Virus record (IMG/VR): IMGVR_UViG_3300010297_000002
Coordinates: 9,250 to 73,249 of that record
DNA length: 64,000 nt
Reading direction: 5' to 3' (one strand)
From: a virus
Shown: one piece after another, positions 1 to 10,499 of the stretch
Layout of the letters: each line of letters opens with the position of its first letter
Numbering within the stretch: the first letter of the stretch is position 1
Notes under the pieces: generated by a model
Told to the model about the DNA's origin: nothing
Seen by the model: only the letters and a program-made list of their open reading frames with translations
Databases searched by the model: none
Program-made: the position numbers and the translations under genes

Positions 1-2753
1 CTACGATCTCACCGGCGGTAGAGTTCTCGACTCTGATAGAGATTCGTAAGAGTGATTTCACTACGGTCAAGAACGCAGATGGATTCTTCACCGCGAATGC
101 GTTCATCCAATCTTTAGAGCCAGGAGCTATTAATCTGGTTCCGGCCAATTCGATATCGATTGTAAACGGAGCTACGGTTGGGGATCTCAGGGTCACTAAC
201 TCTGAGGCCACTTACGGCGGTACAGATGTTCAGAATAACTTAGAGTTGGTGGAGACTGTTCGTAAAAAGATTCTTTCAGTAGACACTGGAACAGTAAACG
301 GGTATCTCCAGAAAATGGCTGAGATGGGTACTGTTGAGAGGGCTAGGATCGTTAAGTCCGGTAACGAGTTTATGAGACGAGACTTCGATTTCTCTTTAAA
401 CCGAAAAGGTTACAACGCAGTCGATGTTTATGTGAAGGGACTTTATCCTACTTCTCATACTCAAACCTCAGGATTCTATTATCGAGATCGACTAAGCTTG
501 GCAGCCGATTTCGACCACACAATAATCGTTGACCCTTTTGATGAAGGGACTCAGCTTCCTACCACAGTCACGGTCTCAGGAAATCAGATTTTAACCTCAG
601 ACACTTCTTTGATGGAGACTGTTGGGGTTTATGTTTTAGTGGCTGGTCAGTATAATCGAGTAGTCGGGTGGTCCTCTAACGTATCCGTAACATTTGAAGA
701 TGCTTGGGCAGTTACTGGAACTCAGAATGCGTCAGTGGTTGAGAGTTACCATGTGATTGATCTGACTCTTAACAACTCCACAGAGACGGCCAAGTACCTG
801 GACGTTTATACTGTTCATAGTATGAAATCTAATTACATTGAGGCAAACAAGATCGCTTTGGGGTTCACGACAGAGTTCGTGGATACTACCAATGTAGTTA
901 TTCGGGATAACTTCAGGATTTTTATACCGATCTCCGGGGATCAGAACCTGATTAACAATAATATTCCGAATAATTCTACAGTTATTCTTGATGTTACTTT
1001 CCGAAAGGACTTCACGGTTCCCTGGGAGAAGAAGCCATTTATCTCTGTATCCAGTATTGTGGACTCCGCCGGAACTAATCTGGTAGAGAATCTAAACTAC
1101 TCTACGTACAATAATTCAGTGGCTCTAATGGAACGAGGCTCCTTAATCGAGGACTCAGGTTTAAACATCTTCACTTCTCCGAGCCCGGAAGTTTTAGAGT
1201 TCGAGTTTGATTCAGACGATGCCGAGAATGCCCGCATCGTAGAGTTAGATGATTGCTGGTTCACTTCGGCTCCTTACCTGGATGCAGTTTCGGCTTCAGA
1301 TAAGTTCTACCTATCGCAGGACAGTTCATCTCCTTTTACCGTGGTGATTAAGGGCGGTTACTTTTACATAAACATCGCTCGGCCTTTAGATCAGGTTATC
1401 GCCACAGTAGGTTCGAGCTATATCGTTGAGGATGATAGTTACACCGTTTTCTACGGTCCAGATTACTCTCTTTCAAAGGTTATTCGAGCCAGCTATAATA
1501 CGGATATTTTTATAGACGAGATCAAGTACGCTTACTACCCGATCGTTGAGTTTGAATCCCCAGACACTCCTCTCTCCCAGGTGGAGCATGGTAGTTCGTT
1601 TACAACGGCCCATTACAACCTTTATAAGACTAATGACAAAGGCGTGATGATTCGTCTTCTGGATACGAATTTCGATACGATAGGTTCATCCTCCGCGACT
1701 TTGAAGGTTACTTACTACAATAACCTTCCTATTGCAGAAGCCTCCAATTTCAATACTCCGTCGGCAGCTACCGAAGCCTCGGACTACAATGTGACTTTGG
1801 TTTTGGATGAGTCTTATACTCTTTCAAAGAGAGGAATCGATGTTTCTTCCATCGTGGTACGTCCGACGAATGAACTAGAGGTGGATCTCGAGCCCTATGT
1901 GATCGTTCAGGATTATTTACTTAGGGAAGTTGATGATCGTGTTGAAATCTCAAAAACTCCGAATGGTAACATTGGGCCCGGTCAGTCTGTGGATATCGAA
2001 TATTATTACTCGAATGAGGTCTCAGCCACCTTTAACTACGATCTGCAGGTCAATCAGATCAGCTCTGATCTGGAGCTTTTCGCCCATGCGGGTTCGAATT
2101 ACTTAGTGAAGAAACTTCAACCGCTTCTGGTCAATATCAAAGCGATCATCTTCTTGTACAACATTAACAATCAGAATTCGATTGATTCTCAAATTCGAAG
2201 AGATATCGTAACTTATGTAGATCGTTTAGAGGTTGGTGATGATTTGTTTGAATCAGACATTATCGGGCTCATTGAAAACGTTTCTGGAGTCCGTAACGTA
2301 AGAGTTAAGCTCGCGGGACTTTCTATCGAAGAAGGTGAAGTTTCTTACGTAGAGACTATTCCCAGAGATAGATTCAGCCTGTTTGAGTCAGGACCGGTAG
2401 ATGTCTACTACTCACCAGCCACTTCTATCGATTCCCAAGGTAATACAGTTTCTCTTTTGAATAATATTCCTTTAGATGGAGGCGGTACTCCAGATAAGGA
2501 GAGATCAGTCTACATTGACGGGGCGTACTACGAATTGGCTAGCTCTCCTTACGAGGTTAGTCAGAGAAGGGGATTGGCTTATATATCCTCTTCTGGTAGC
2601 GTCTATGTCTCGTTCATCGATCCTACTAAGGATGATGTCATCATCGAGGTCACTTATCAGGTTGCTTCTAGTTCGGTTGCGGCGGATATCACGGTATTCC
2701 CTTTCCAGTTCATTCAGATTAATCGAATGGAATTTACCTACGTAGAGGCTTAA
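1..2753 (+). CDS. Baseplate J-like wedge protein (5' truncated; frame is open from position 3, upstream of the listed 246 start)
   Basis: The frame has no stop from 3 to 2753. The upstream part reads VTNSEATYGGTDVQNNLELVETVR, matching the baseplate-J 'VTN..A.GG.D.E...L' motif. The C-terminal 'YVDRLEVGDDLFESDIIGLIENVSGVRNV' is also typical of gpJ/gp6 wedge proteins. Confidence 0.8.
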   Translation, partial: TISPAVEFSTLIEIRKSDFTTVKNADGFFTANAFIQSLEPGAINLVPANSISIVNGATVGDLRVTNSEATYGGTDVQNNLELVETVRKKILSVDTGTVNGYLQKMAEMGTVERARIVKSGNEFMRRDFDFSLNRKGYNAVDVYVKGLYPTSHTQTSGFYYRDRLSLAADFDHTIIVDPFDEGTQLPTTVTVSGNQILTSDTSLMETVGVYVLVAGQYNRVVGWSSNVSVTFEDAWAVTGTQNASVVESYHVIDLTLNNSTETAKYLDVYTVHSMKSNYIEANKIALGFTTEFVDTTNVVIRDNFRIFIPISGDQNLINNNIPNNSTVILDVTFRKDFTVPWEKKPFISVSSIVDSAGTNLVENLNYSTYNNSVALMERGSLIEDSGLNIFTSPSPEVLEFEFDSDDAENARIVELDDCWFTSAPYLDAVSASDKFYLSQDSSSPFTVVIKGGYFYINIARPLDQVIATVGSSYIVEDDSYTVFYGPDYSLSKVIRASYNTDIFIDEIKYAYYPIVEFESPDTPLSQVEHGSSFTTAHYNLYKTNDKGVMIRLLDTNFDTIGSSSATLKVTYYNNLPIAEASNFNTPSAATEASDYNVTLVLDESYTLSKRGIDVSSIVVRPTNELEVDLEPYVIVQDYLLREVDDRVEISKTPNGNIGPGQSVDIEYYYSNEVSATFNYDLQVNQISSDLELFAHAGSNYLVKKLQPLLVNIKAIIFLYNINNQNSIDSQIRRDIVTYVDRLEVGDDLFESDIIGLIENVSGVRNVRVKLAGLSIEEGEVSYVETIPRDRFSLFESGPVDVYYSPATSIDSQGNTVSLLNNIPLDGGGTPDKERSVYIDGAYYELASSPYEVSQRRGLAYISSSGSVYVSFIDPTKDDVIIEVTYQVASSSVAADITVFPFQFIQINRMEFTYVEA

Positions 2754-3943
2754 TGGCGGATCTATCCTTACTCGATAAGTTATTTTCATACGAGGAACTT
2801 CTAGATGCTGAGAAAGTCTGGAGGGATTTCTTCAAGTCCCAGTTATCTTCTTTGTACGATGATAATGTAATACATTCCACGCAGTACTCGATCATCATTC
2901 GGGCCTTTTCCAGGATTTTAGGTGGATTAGATCTTCTGTTTGAACGATCTTACGAGAATATGTCCTTAGAGGATGTTCTTACTGATTTTCTTTACACCAA
3001 TTTTGGGTTTCTTTTAGAAGAGCGGCCTAACGATTTCTCCCGTGAGGAGTACCGGACTTTTCTAGTTAATCTGGTGGATATTCTTTTTAAGGGTCTTACA
3101 ATCTCCGTAGCCAAGAATGATGTTGCGGCTCAGTTTGATTCCACCAGTATCGCAGTGGAGTTTGCTCAAAAGTTGAGAAACACTTCTCTTGGTGTGTCTG
3201 GTATGGATCAGGAAAATTCAAATCTGGATGTGGATGTCCCTACTTTAGGTCTGATCTTAGATGGGGATTCAGAGGCGGCTTTTTTCCAGTCTTCTAAAGA
3301 GAACAATGATGTTTATGTTGTTTCTCGGTTAGGGGAAGATTCCTCTTTCCACGCTACCGAGCTTTCCATGGTGGCCGGTATCGTAGACCTGCTGAGCTCT
3401 GCAATCGCTCCTCCCCAGGTTCGTCTCGTGGTTAATTCGCAGGTGAGTTCTTTCAACACAGATACTTCCGATCCTCTGTCTCCTTACGTCGGATCGCAGA
3501 CGGAGTTATTGGAGACCTTCCAGTCAATCACCAATTTCCAGATTATTGACACTCATATCCGTTATGTTCCTGAATTTGTGGTTAAGTTGGATACGGAATA
3601 TGTGGTTCCAGGAGACACCTACGATACTTCCAGAATAAATGAGCCCACAATCACAATCTCACCTGAATACGTGTTCTTAGTGGATGACTTCTATAATGTA
3701 ACCACAGTTACAGCCGAGAATCCTCCAAGGGTGGACGAAACCGCGAGTGTTGTGCCAGTATGTGCTTATTATGGTTCAATCACCTATGGAAGCTTCTACT
3801 ACGAGTGTGCAGGGCCCTTTTCACAGTACACTTCACCGTTCTCTTTCGGCACGATGACTTTCGGTGAGTTTTTGGGGGAACTGGTTCAGCCTCAGTCTGT
3901 GGTTTCCGACGAGTTGGAAATCGGAAACTTCATCATTGCTTAG
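2753..3943 (+). CDS. Putative second baseplate wedge protein (gpI/gp7-like)
   Basis: Coupled to the baseplate J gene (TAATG overlap). 'LYTNFGFLL...EEYRTFL...ILFKGLT' resembles gpI-type N-termini. Confidence 0.55.
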   Translation: MADLSLLDKLFSYEELLDAEKVWRDFFKSQLSSLYDDNVIHSTQYSIIIRAFSRILGGLDLLFERSYENMSLEDVLTDFLYTNFGFLLEERPNDFSREEYRTFLVNLVDILFKGLTISVAKNDVAAQFDSTSIAVEFAQKLRNTSLGVSGMDQENSNLDVDVPTLGLILDGDSEAAFFQSSKENNDVYVVSRLGEDSSFHATELSMVAGIVDLLSSAIAPPQVRLVVNSQVSSFNTDTSDPLSPYVGSQTELLETFQSITNFQIIDTHIRYVPEFVVKLDTEYVVPGDTYDTSRINEPTITISPEYVFLVDDFYNVTTVTAENPPRVDETASVVPVCAYYGSITYGSFYYECAGPFSQYTSPFSFGTMTFGEFLGELVQPQSVVSDELEIGNFIIA

Positions 3944-4392
3944 GTGTAGTTAATTCTCCAAAGAACGGTAATCTTAGTGGTTGCGTTCTTGGTGATCTTA
4001 GGATCGAGTACGATCCTGGCCACCATCCGCTCATCTTCTGTCAAGAGTGCGAACTCGCCGATATCATTACCATTGGCCTCGGTTTCTAGAAGATCGAGTT
4101 GATACTGAGAGGTGAAAAGGTCAGTTTTCAGTTTATTGGTTAAGGCTTTAACCGTCCCACCAATAGTAGCGTTGAGGTCTGTTAGAACTCCGTTAGTAGG
4201 CGTTCCTGGGTCAGGATTATTATCAGTTCCTGCTTTGTACTTACTAATGACAGAGTTTGCGTCTCCGGCCACCATCCCGGCTAAGGAATTAGGGAAAATC
4301 GGAGACAGGGTGTTATTTAATTCTATCCTCTCAACGAGGTCTCCAGAATTAAAAATAAGTACTGTTGCTCTTCCGTAATGATTCTTAGACAT
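3940..4392 (-). CDS. Tail-collar/fibre-attachment domain protein (P2 gpH N-terminal-like)
   Basis: Motif 'EANGNDIGEFALL...MVARIVL..KITKN....ITVLWRINY'; lies within the tail module. Confidence 0.6.
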   Translation of the reverse strand: MSKNHYGRATVLIFNSGDLVERIELNNTLSPIFPNSLAGMVAGDANSVISKYKAGTDNNPDPGTPTNGVLTDLNATIGGTVKALTNKLKTDLFTSQYQLDLLETEANGNDIGEFALLTEDERMVARIVLDPKITKNATTKITVLWRINYT

Positions 4393-4401
4393 TCTATCCT
4401 C

Positions 4402-4878
4402 TTAGGTAAATTCGAGGTCCCATTCTACACCGAACTGAGTCAAATCTGTATACGTAATATTGGGGATTATGAGAATTCTGCTCACCATTTTATTGTTTGA
4501 GGTGAAGAGGCCCATCTCCTTATATGTACCTTGGGGACCTTCTTGAGGAAGCATCTCTAATTGGACTCTGGCTATATTGTTCGCGGTTATGAACTGGATT
4601 CCGGTGATGTTCTTTTGGAACACGGGATTAGCTAGATCTCCTTGGTTATGTCCGGGAGGTGGGGTATCGAGAGTTCCGACTTTGAAATACGCTATATCAA
4701 AGTTAGAGTCTTCAACTCCAATACCAGCCAAAGCTTCTTTCATCTTGAAGGTAATTAGATTTTCTTTTCTGATGACCTGGATAAGCTTTCCGTTTTCGTA
4801 GACTTTTATCTTAGGATATCCTCGACAAGATTTGATGAAATATTCCTCATCAAAAGTGTTTTTAATCGGTGAACTCAT
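4402..4878 (-). CDS. Tail-collar/fibre-attachment domain protein, paralog of the adjacent gene
   Basis: 'ENLIT', 'IAYFKVGT', 'YKEMGLFT..NKMVSR....ITY.....GVEWDLEF', the same pattern as 3940..4392. Confidence 0.6.
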   Translation of the reverse strand: MSSPIKNTFDEEYFIKSCRGYPKIKVYENGKLIQVIRKENLITFKMKEALAGIGVEDSNFDIAYFKVGTLDTPPPGHNQGDLANPVFQKNITGIQFITANNIARVQLEMLPQEGPQGTYKEMGLFTSNNKMVSRILIIPNITYTDLTQFGVEWDLEFT

Positions 4879-5017
4879 TCTTTACTCGCTGCAATTATCT
4901 TTTAATTTTCCTGGTTATAGTGAGCTGATTCTCTCTAAAAAATAGAAATTAAATCGGCTTACTATTATAATAGCAAAATTAAGCAAAAACTATTTATTTT
5001 GCTGGGAAGAATGAACT
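4879..5017. promoter_or_regulatory. AT-rich divergent intergenic region, likely containing promoters
   Basis: Non-coding gap between divergent genes. Contains TATAAT inside the palindrome CTATTATAATAG (~4962-4973). No clear -35 box. Confidence 0.35.
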
Positions 5018-6220
5018 ATGCCTACGTTTAAAGGAAACATTACAGAGATAAATTGGCTCATCCAAGGAGAAACCGGTTCCGGTAACACTCTCGCGGATAC
5101 CAGTCCAAGTTACCCTAATGGAAATCTCAATAGACCTCTGGTAGAGCTTTGGGAGAATACAGTAAACCTCGACGATAGAGTTACTGTTCTTGAAGGGATA
5201 TCCGGTGGTAGTATCTCGACCGACTTCGTTCAGTCTGGAACTTCTACGATATCTACGACTAGCACTCCTGAGACATATATTGTTTTCGGGAGCAACCTGA
5301 GTCAGATTAATCAGCCTCTGGCTTCGGCCATCTCAAGCGTAAGTGCTAATGTTAACTCTACTATCAGTTCAGCTATAGCCAGCGAAACAGCAAACATCAC
5401 TCCCACAGCCACTACTTCGAAGTATAACGCTTTACTGGGGACAGACTCATGTTCGATTACAGTGACGGGTACAGAGTGTTGGGCGAATGTTGTCGCAGCG
5501 AGTTCGGACACGGTATTGGGCGGTAACGATGTTACCCAAACTTTTGTGGCTGGTGCGGACAATTGTATAGTTAATGCTTCGAATCATGCCGTTCTTTTGG
5601 CCTCCCAGAGAGTCCAACTCGACGGCCTGGATCATGTTGTGGCCGGAGGTTACGCATCTTCTGGATCAGCGTTATCATCCAATCGGAAATGGCAACTGAA
5701 CAGTAAGACAGGTGATATTCTAGCTTCTGGTGTGATTACGGGTAGTAGTTCTTTTTCCGATTTTGCGGAGTACTTCGAATCCGGTAGTGGTGAGGCTATC
5801 CCGACAGGGTTCATAGTAGCTCTCGATGGAGAGAACATTCGTAAGGCGAATTCAGCGGATACGGACCTTCTCGGGGTTATTTCAGAAACACCAGCTATGG
5901 TTCTAGGATCTCAGGAATTCGTATGGCAAGGACGTACTCTACGAAATGAGTTCGGGGGACTAACTAATGAAGAGAACCCCGATTATGATGGGAGTATCCC
6001 GTATAAGCCTCGTAAAGAAAGACCCGAGTGGAACATCGTAGGACTGCTTGGTCAGATATACGTTCGTTGTGATGAAACAGTTAAGCCTGGGGATTATATC
6101 TGGGCTAATGATTATGGAATAGCCACTGCTGCAGCTTCAGGGTCTTGGAGGGTCATGAAGATGACTACTCCTTATGACGAGGCAAAAGGTTATGGAGTAG
6201 CTCTGGTCTTTGTTCGTTGA
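5018..6220 (+). CDS. Tail spike/appendage protein with C-terminal peptidase G2-type autocleaving intramolecular chaperone
   Basis: 'SDFAEYFES...G.IVALDGE.IR.A', 'LGVIS..P' and 'Y.PR.ERPEWNIVGLLGQIYVR.D.TV.PG' match the phi29 gp12-type pre-neck appendage chaperone domain. Confidence 0.8.
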   Translation: MPTFKGNITEINWLIQGETGSGNTLADTSPSYPNGNLNRPLVELWENTVNLDDRVTVLEGISGGSISTDFVQSGTSTISTTSTPETYIVFGSNLSQINQPLASAISSVSANVNSTISSAIASETANITPTATTSKYNALLGTDSCSITVTGTECWANVVAASSDTVLGGNDVTQTFVAGADNCIVNASNHAVLLASQRVQLDGLDHVVAGGYASSGSALSSNRKWQLNSKTGDILASGVITGSSSFSDFAEYFESGSGEAIPTGFIVALDGENIRKANSADTDLLGVISETPAMVLGSQEFVWQGRTLRNEFGGLTNEENPDYDGSIPYKPRKERPEWNIVGLLGQIYVRCDETVKPGDYIWANDYGIATAAASGSWRVMKMTTPYDEAKGYGVALVFVR

Positions 6221-6776
6221 GGATTTTGTGAGTAGTATTAAAGGTTTTACATATATTTCAACTGGAGATCCATTTGATCCTGACATGATCAAGGTTCTTG
6301 GGCATAATGATTCCGTTCCCCTCGGAGAGAAGAGGGTAATGGCTGCTTTCGCTAAAGGCGATAAGACAGTATTTTACAAGTACTTAGCCATAGGTTCAGG
6401 AAATACTACTGATTTTAAAGATCCTGTAGCTCCTCCTACCAATCAGTACATTATCGATAACTATTTCTCCGTCGCAGGGGGTCCCGAGAATAGATTGTTT
6501 ACAGAGTTTTATCGTGTACCTCTATTCAGGTCGACATTCATCGATTCTTTAGGGAATCCGACGAATGATATTACCGATGAGATTCTTTTGATTTGGCAAA
6601 TTCCTAATGACGAGGCTACCGGTGTTTGGAGAGAGTTAGCTATTTTTGGAGGAACAGCCGACGAGGAATTAAATTCTGGAATCATGGTGCATTATCAAAC
6701 CATCGCGGATTTCTCCAAGACTCCGTTTGCTTTCGCAGAGAAGCTTTTGAATTTCCACTGGGTACTTAAGTTTTAG
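6210..6776 (+). CDS. Tail-collar/baseplate attachment domain protein (third paralog)
   Basis: 'YLAIGSG', 'EATGVWRELAIFGG...G.MVHYQT...K......FHWVLKF'. Confidence 0.6.
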   Translation: MFVEDFVSSIKGFTYISTGDPFDPDMIKVLGHNDSVPLGEKRVMAAFAKGDKTVFYKYLAIGSGNTTDFKDPVAPPTNQYIIDNYFSVAGGPENRLFTEFYRVPLFRSTFIDSLGNPTNDITDEILLIWQIPNDEATGVWRELAIFGGTADEELNSGIMVHYQTIADFSKTPFAFAEKLLNFHWVLKF

Positions 6777-6787
6777 GTAGGTCTTAA

Positions 6788-9700
6788 ATGTCGCAAGTAA
6801 AAATAGTAGTTACTCCTTATGACAAGGTATCTTTTAAGCCAGTTAAGACCCTTCTAAGTTCTGAGGTGAATGAGCTTCAGGATATTCGAAAATTGGAGGA
6901 TATCCGTACTCGTCAATTCGCTTCCGGGGATGGTCCTAACGGGGAAAGTTTCCGAGTAGGGATAGTTGATGACGAGAACCTGAAGATCAGCCGAGGGTTC
7001 TTTGTTCATTTAGGGGAGACTCTCTATCTAGATGACGATGTAGTCCTCCCTTATGACATCAACCTTATTGATCAGGGAGAGCAGTACCGTGTAGTCTGTC
7101 GTTGGAGAGACGTTCCGATTGATTCTAGTCAAGACTCGGCGATTTTAGACACCAGGGTGGGTCCGACTTCAGAAAGAGTAGCTAAAGAGCTCACCTTTTG
7201 CCTAGAGCGTGCGGATACGCTCTACAGGGTCGAAGAGAATCTGGTTCTTTTAGCAGATGCCAACTTTACGGGATCAGTCACATCACCGAATCCTTTAACT
7301 ACCACTGATCTATTGGATCGAAGGTATGATCACTCTCAGCACTATGTTTCAGGTGGTCTTAATGTTGATGATTTCGACATCGTAGGTACAGACGCTAGGA
7401 TCGTATTAACTTCAGGTTCTTTGTTCTACCTTCAGGAGTTTGTTCAAGTACAGGACACAGCGGATCTGACTTTTTTAGTTCCTCTTCCGTCGGGCACTAC
7501 AGGAACTTCTGAATCAAGAGTATTGCTCTATTACACAATTGAAGAGACTGCACCCGATCAATTTACTGCTATACCAAACTACGTGGCTATGACAGATGAA
7601 GCCACTCTCAATGAGATCCCTCTCAGGCTTTATGAGGTAACTCTAACAGCCTCTGGTGTAGTTCCGGAGAGTATTAATGATGTCCGGGCCTTTGAGCCTG
7701 TTCTTCGTAAAGTCACTTCTTCTAGAGGTGCTCAATCGACTCTAGCGGATTTCTATGCTCTGAAGCCTCGTCCTCAGACAGTTCCTTCTTTGAGGGTGAC
7801 CATTAATCAAGGGTGGTACTACCTTAAAGGTGAGTATTACTACTTGAGCGAGCAGTTTCAAGTACATGATCCTGTCTTCACCGCAGGAAATGTACGTAGA
7901 GACTCTGTGGTAATAACACCAGATAATGTTTTGACTTTGTATCAAGGAGCAGAAACATTAGCCACTCCTAATCCTCCGGAGTCTACTTCCATACCGGACG
8001 GGTCTTTACGAATTTATGATGTGGTAATCGAACAGCCCACGACCCAGATCGTTTACCCGGACGACCCCGCCAACATCGCTCCGGGAGAGATCCAAGACCG
8101 CCGTCCTATCATTACAGCGTTGGATGCCGCTACTGATATTTCTGTGGACAATACCGGATTTTCCGGAGTCGGTAGTGGGGGGCTTTCCAACACTACCGAG
8201 AAGAGTCTTCAAGGCTATCTAGAAGAAATAGACGGTAAGTTTGTTTCTGTGGATAATGATGTGGCTAGTTTAGGGATCGTTCCTCAGGATTCAGCACCAG
8301 ATATTGTAAATTTTGATGGAACCAGTAAAAGTTTAGAGATTGGCCATGACCCTTACACGGGGATAAATAATGACAACACCACCAAGGTGGGTATCTCTGT
8401 AATCAAAGATCCTTTGAACTCCAACCGTGTTCTGATCCAAAATACTTGGGATGAGGACATGAGGTTGATTACCTCCCCGGTAGTCCTGGATTCTAGTTAT
8501 CATACACATGCAGGCATTGGAGATCTTGAAAAAGGTGCCGAGATTAATTTCCGAGAAACTTTGATGGATTTCTCTGATCAGAACTTTACCAGAGCTTCTG
8601 AGTTTGTTCTCACGGATGCTTCGGCTTCTAAGTTTATTCGGATAGCTGCGGCAGGCTCTGTTCCAGCTCATTTTGCTTTAAGGCTAGATCCGTCGGGCGG
8701 TATTGAATTCGGGGTAGATGGTTACAAGATCGATGCATCTGGGTTTCAAGCTCAGTTTGATACTACTCGAGCGATTAGGACAGATGCTAATGGTGCCGGG
8801 GTTTACATCAATGCGATCACCTCTGGATTAGAGTTCATCGATGATGGAACGCTTACTAATCACAGTTACCTAGCTCTGAAAATCGCAGATGAGTTTACAA
8901 TTGTCGGCGGGGCTCTGACTTTGAACCTATCCTCTACTGGTGGCTTGCTTGTAGACGGTGCTAATGAGCTCAGAGCAAACACCGACTGGCCTATTCACGT
9001 TAATGGAACAAATCAGATAGCTTTACGTTACCAGGATGTAGCCCCAACCCCTACTAATGAGTCTTACTTAGAGGCTCGAGCTGATTCAGGAACACCTTCC
9101 GAGTTTTATCTTGGTTTGAAGGTGGCTCCTCTTAGAGGTCTCGGAGCTTTTAACGATGGGAGCAAGAATTTACTATCCATGCTTATAGAGGCTCCTTTTA
9201 GCTTTAGCGGGTCGGGCGGTCTTCAATTGGACTTGAATTCCACTTATTTCAGTATTAACGGCTCAGATCAATTGGATTTTGATCCTTCTGGATTAGCGGA
9301 TGGCCAAAGTATCATTGAGAACTTAGGTACTCTCAGTGTGAACGTTGATACAAACTATTCTTTGACTATAGATCCTACCAACGGTCTTCGGGTAGTTGTA
9401 AACGCTACCGGGGGTCTTGAGGATACCGGATCGGGTCTGCAGGCTAACCTTGAGCCGACCAACCCTTCACTAGAGATCAAAGGTGGGGGAGAGCTTGGGG
9501 CTCGTATAGACGCTGACGGTGGTTTGGAAGTTAATGCAGACGGTATTAGGATCGCGGGTTACGCTGATTCTAATTCAGTAGCCAGTGGCTACGTAGCTGG
9601 AGGGTCTTACTCCACTTCGGGACCTAACGAGAACCTAAATCCATCGGTAGCGGTTTATTCCTACAACGATAAGAGTTTCAGCTACTTGGCCGATCCAGCC

Positions 9701-10498
9701 GATCCTGGTTACATCTACGGAGTGCTCTTCGGGATTGATACAAAGGCTTACCAGATGGGCGGGGAAGACGTGAGTAACACAGCACAGTCTTCCAATAATG
9801 AGTACGACTTCGGTACTGATACTTGGTCGGCTTCCACAGCGTTATCAGATCCAGTTACTCGGGCAATAGGTGTGGGGTTAGACACTTCCTTTGGGTGTCT
9901 GTTCGGAGGAGAGTTTGACTTGGGCAATGACCCGGTTCTCACTTTTGACGGTTCTACATTTAATACCGCCGCTACTGATTTAACTGCTATTAATGGAGAC
10001 ATCTCAGCTACTCGTGCTTCGATGGCTGGTGAGCTCTCGGATACCGATGTAGTCTGTTTTGGAGGCGGTATTGAATCTGCAACATACCAGAACGAAGTAT
10101 TCACCATTGAATTCGCAGCGAATAAATTAAGTGTTGTCGGGGTAACTACCCTTGCGACGACTTTAACAAGTTCCGCAGGATTCTCAACTGCATTTTCTCT
10201 AGCTACCGATTTTATGAATTTCGCTGGAGGCAAGGATGGTGCAGTGACTTATTATCGTTCTCATGATAAAGTAGATATCTCAACTCCGACTACAACTGCG
10301 GCAATGCCGATACCGGTGACGGGTATTGCGGATCTTTCTTCTGCGGTAATTAATGGAGAGGGTGTGCTGTTCGCAGGAACCACCATCGACGGTGATGCTC
10401 TTGGCGACGTTTTAATTTATAATGAAAATGATGATACTTGGAGAACGGAGACCAAGATGCTGGTAGCTCTGAAAGGAACTTCGGCATTCTCGAGATAA
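6788..10498 (+). CDS. Large tail fibre/receptor-binding protein with C-terminal Kelch-like beta-propeller
   Basis: N-terminal 'LLSSEVNELQDI' baseplate-anchor motif (DUF4815-like). Central 'GGL...G.L...' fibre repeats. C-terminal 'YVAGG', 'YQMGG...YDF.TDTWS', 'LFGG', 'CFGG', 'FAGG', 'YNE.DDTWR' Kelch-type blades. Confidence 0.7.
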   Translation: MSQVKIVVTPYDKVSFKPVKTLLSSEVNELQDIRKLEDIRTRQFASGDGPNGESFRVGIVDDENLKISRGFFVHLGETLYLDDDVVLPYDINLIDQGEQYRVVCRWRDVPIDSSQDSAILDTRVGPTSERVAKELTFCLERADTLYRVEENLVLLADANFTGSVTSPNPLTTTDLLDRRYDHSQHYVSGGLNVDDFDIVGTDARIVLTSGSLFYLQEFVQVQDTADLTFLVPLPSGTTGTSESRVLLYYTIEETAPDQFTAIPNYVAMTDEATLNEIPLRLYEVTLTASGVVPESINDVRAFEPVLRKVTSSRGAQSTLADFYALKPRPQTVPSLRVTINQGWYYLKGEYYYLSEQFQVHDPVFTAGNVRRDSVVITPDNVLTLYQGAETLATPNPPESTSIPDGSLRIYDVVIEQPTTQIVYPDDPANIAPGEIQDRRPIITALDAATDISVDNTGFSGVGSGGLSNTTEKSLQGYLEEIDGKFVSVDNDVASLGIVPQDSAPDIVNFDGTSKSLEIGHDPYTGINNDNTTKVGISVIKDPLNSNRVLIQNTWDEDMRLITSPVVLDSSYHTHAGIGDLEKGAEINFRETLMDFSDQNFTRASEFVLTDASASKFIRIAAAGSVPAHFALRLDPSGGIEFGVDGYKIDASGFQAQFDTTRAIRTDANGAGVYINAITSGLEFIDDGTLTNHSYLALKIADEFTIVGGALTLNLSSTGGLLVDGANELRANTDWPIHVNGTNQIALRYQDVAPTPTNESYLEARADSGTPSEFYLGLKVAPLRGLGAFNDGSKNLLSMLIEAPFSFSGSGGLQLDLNSTYFSINGSDQLDFDPSGLADGQSIIENLGTLSVNVDTNYSLTIDPTNGLRVVVNATGGLEDTGSGLQANLEPTNPSLEIKGGGELGARIDADGGLEVNADGIRIAGYADSNSVASGYVAGGSYSTSGPNENLNPSVAVYSYNDKSFSYLADPADPGYIYGVLFGIDTKAYQMGGEDVSNTAQSSNNEYDFGTDTWSASTALSDPVTRAIGVGLDTSFGCLFGGEFDLGNDPVLTFDGSTFNTAATDLTAINGDISATRASMAGELSDTDVVCFGGGIESATYQNEVFTIEFAANKLSVVGVTTLATTLTSSAGFSTAFSLATDFMNFAGGKDGAVTYYRSHDKVDISTPTTTAAMPIPVTGIADLSSAVINGEGVLFAGTTIDGDALGDVLIYNENDDTWRTETKMLVALKGTSAFSR

Positions 10499-10499
10499 A

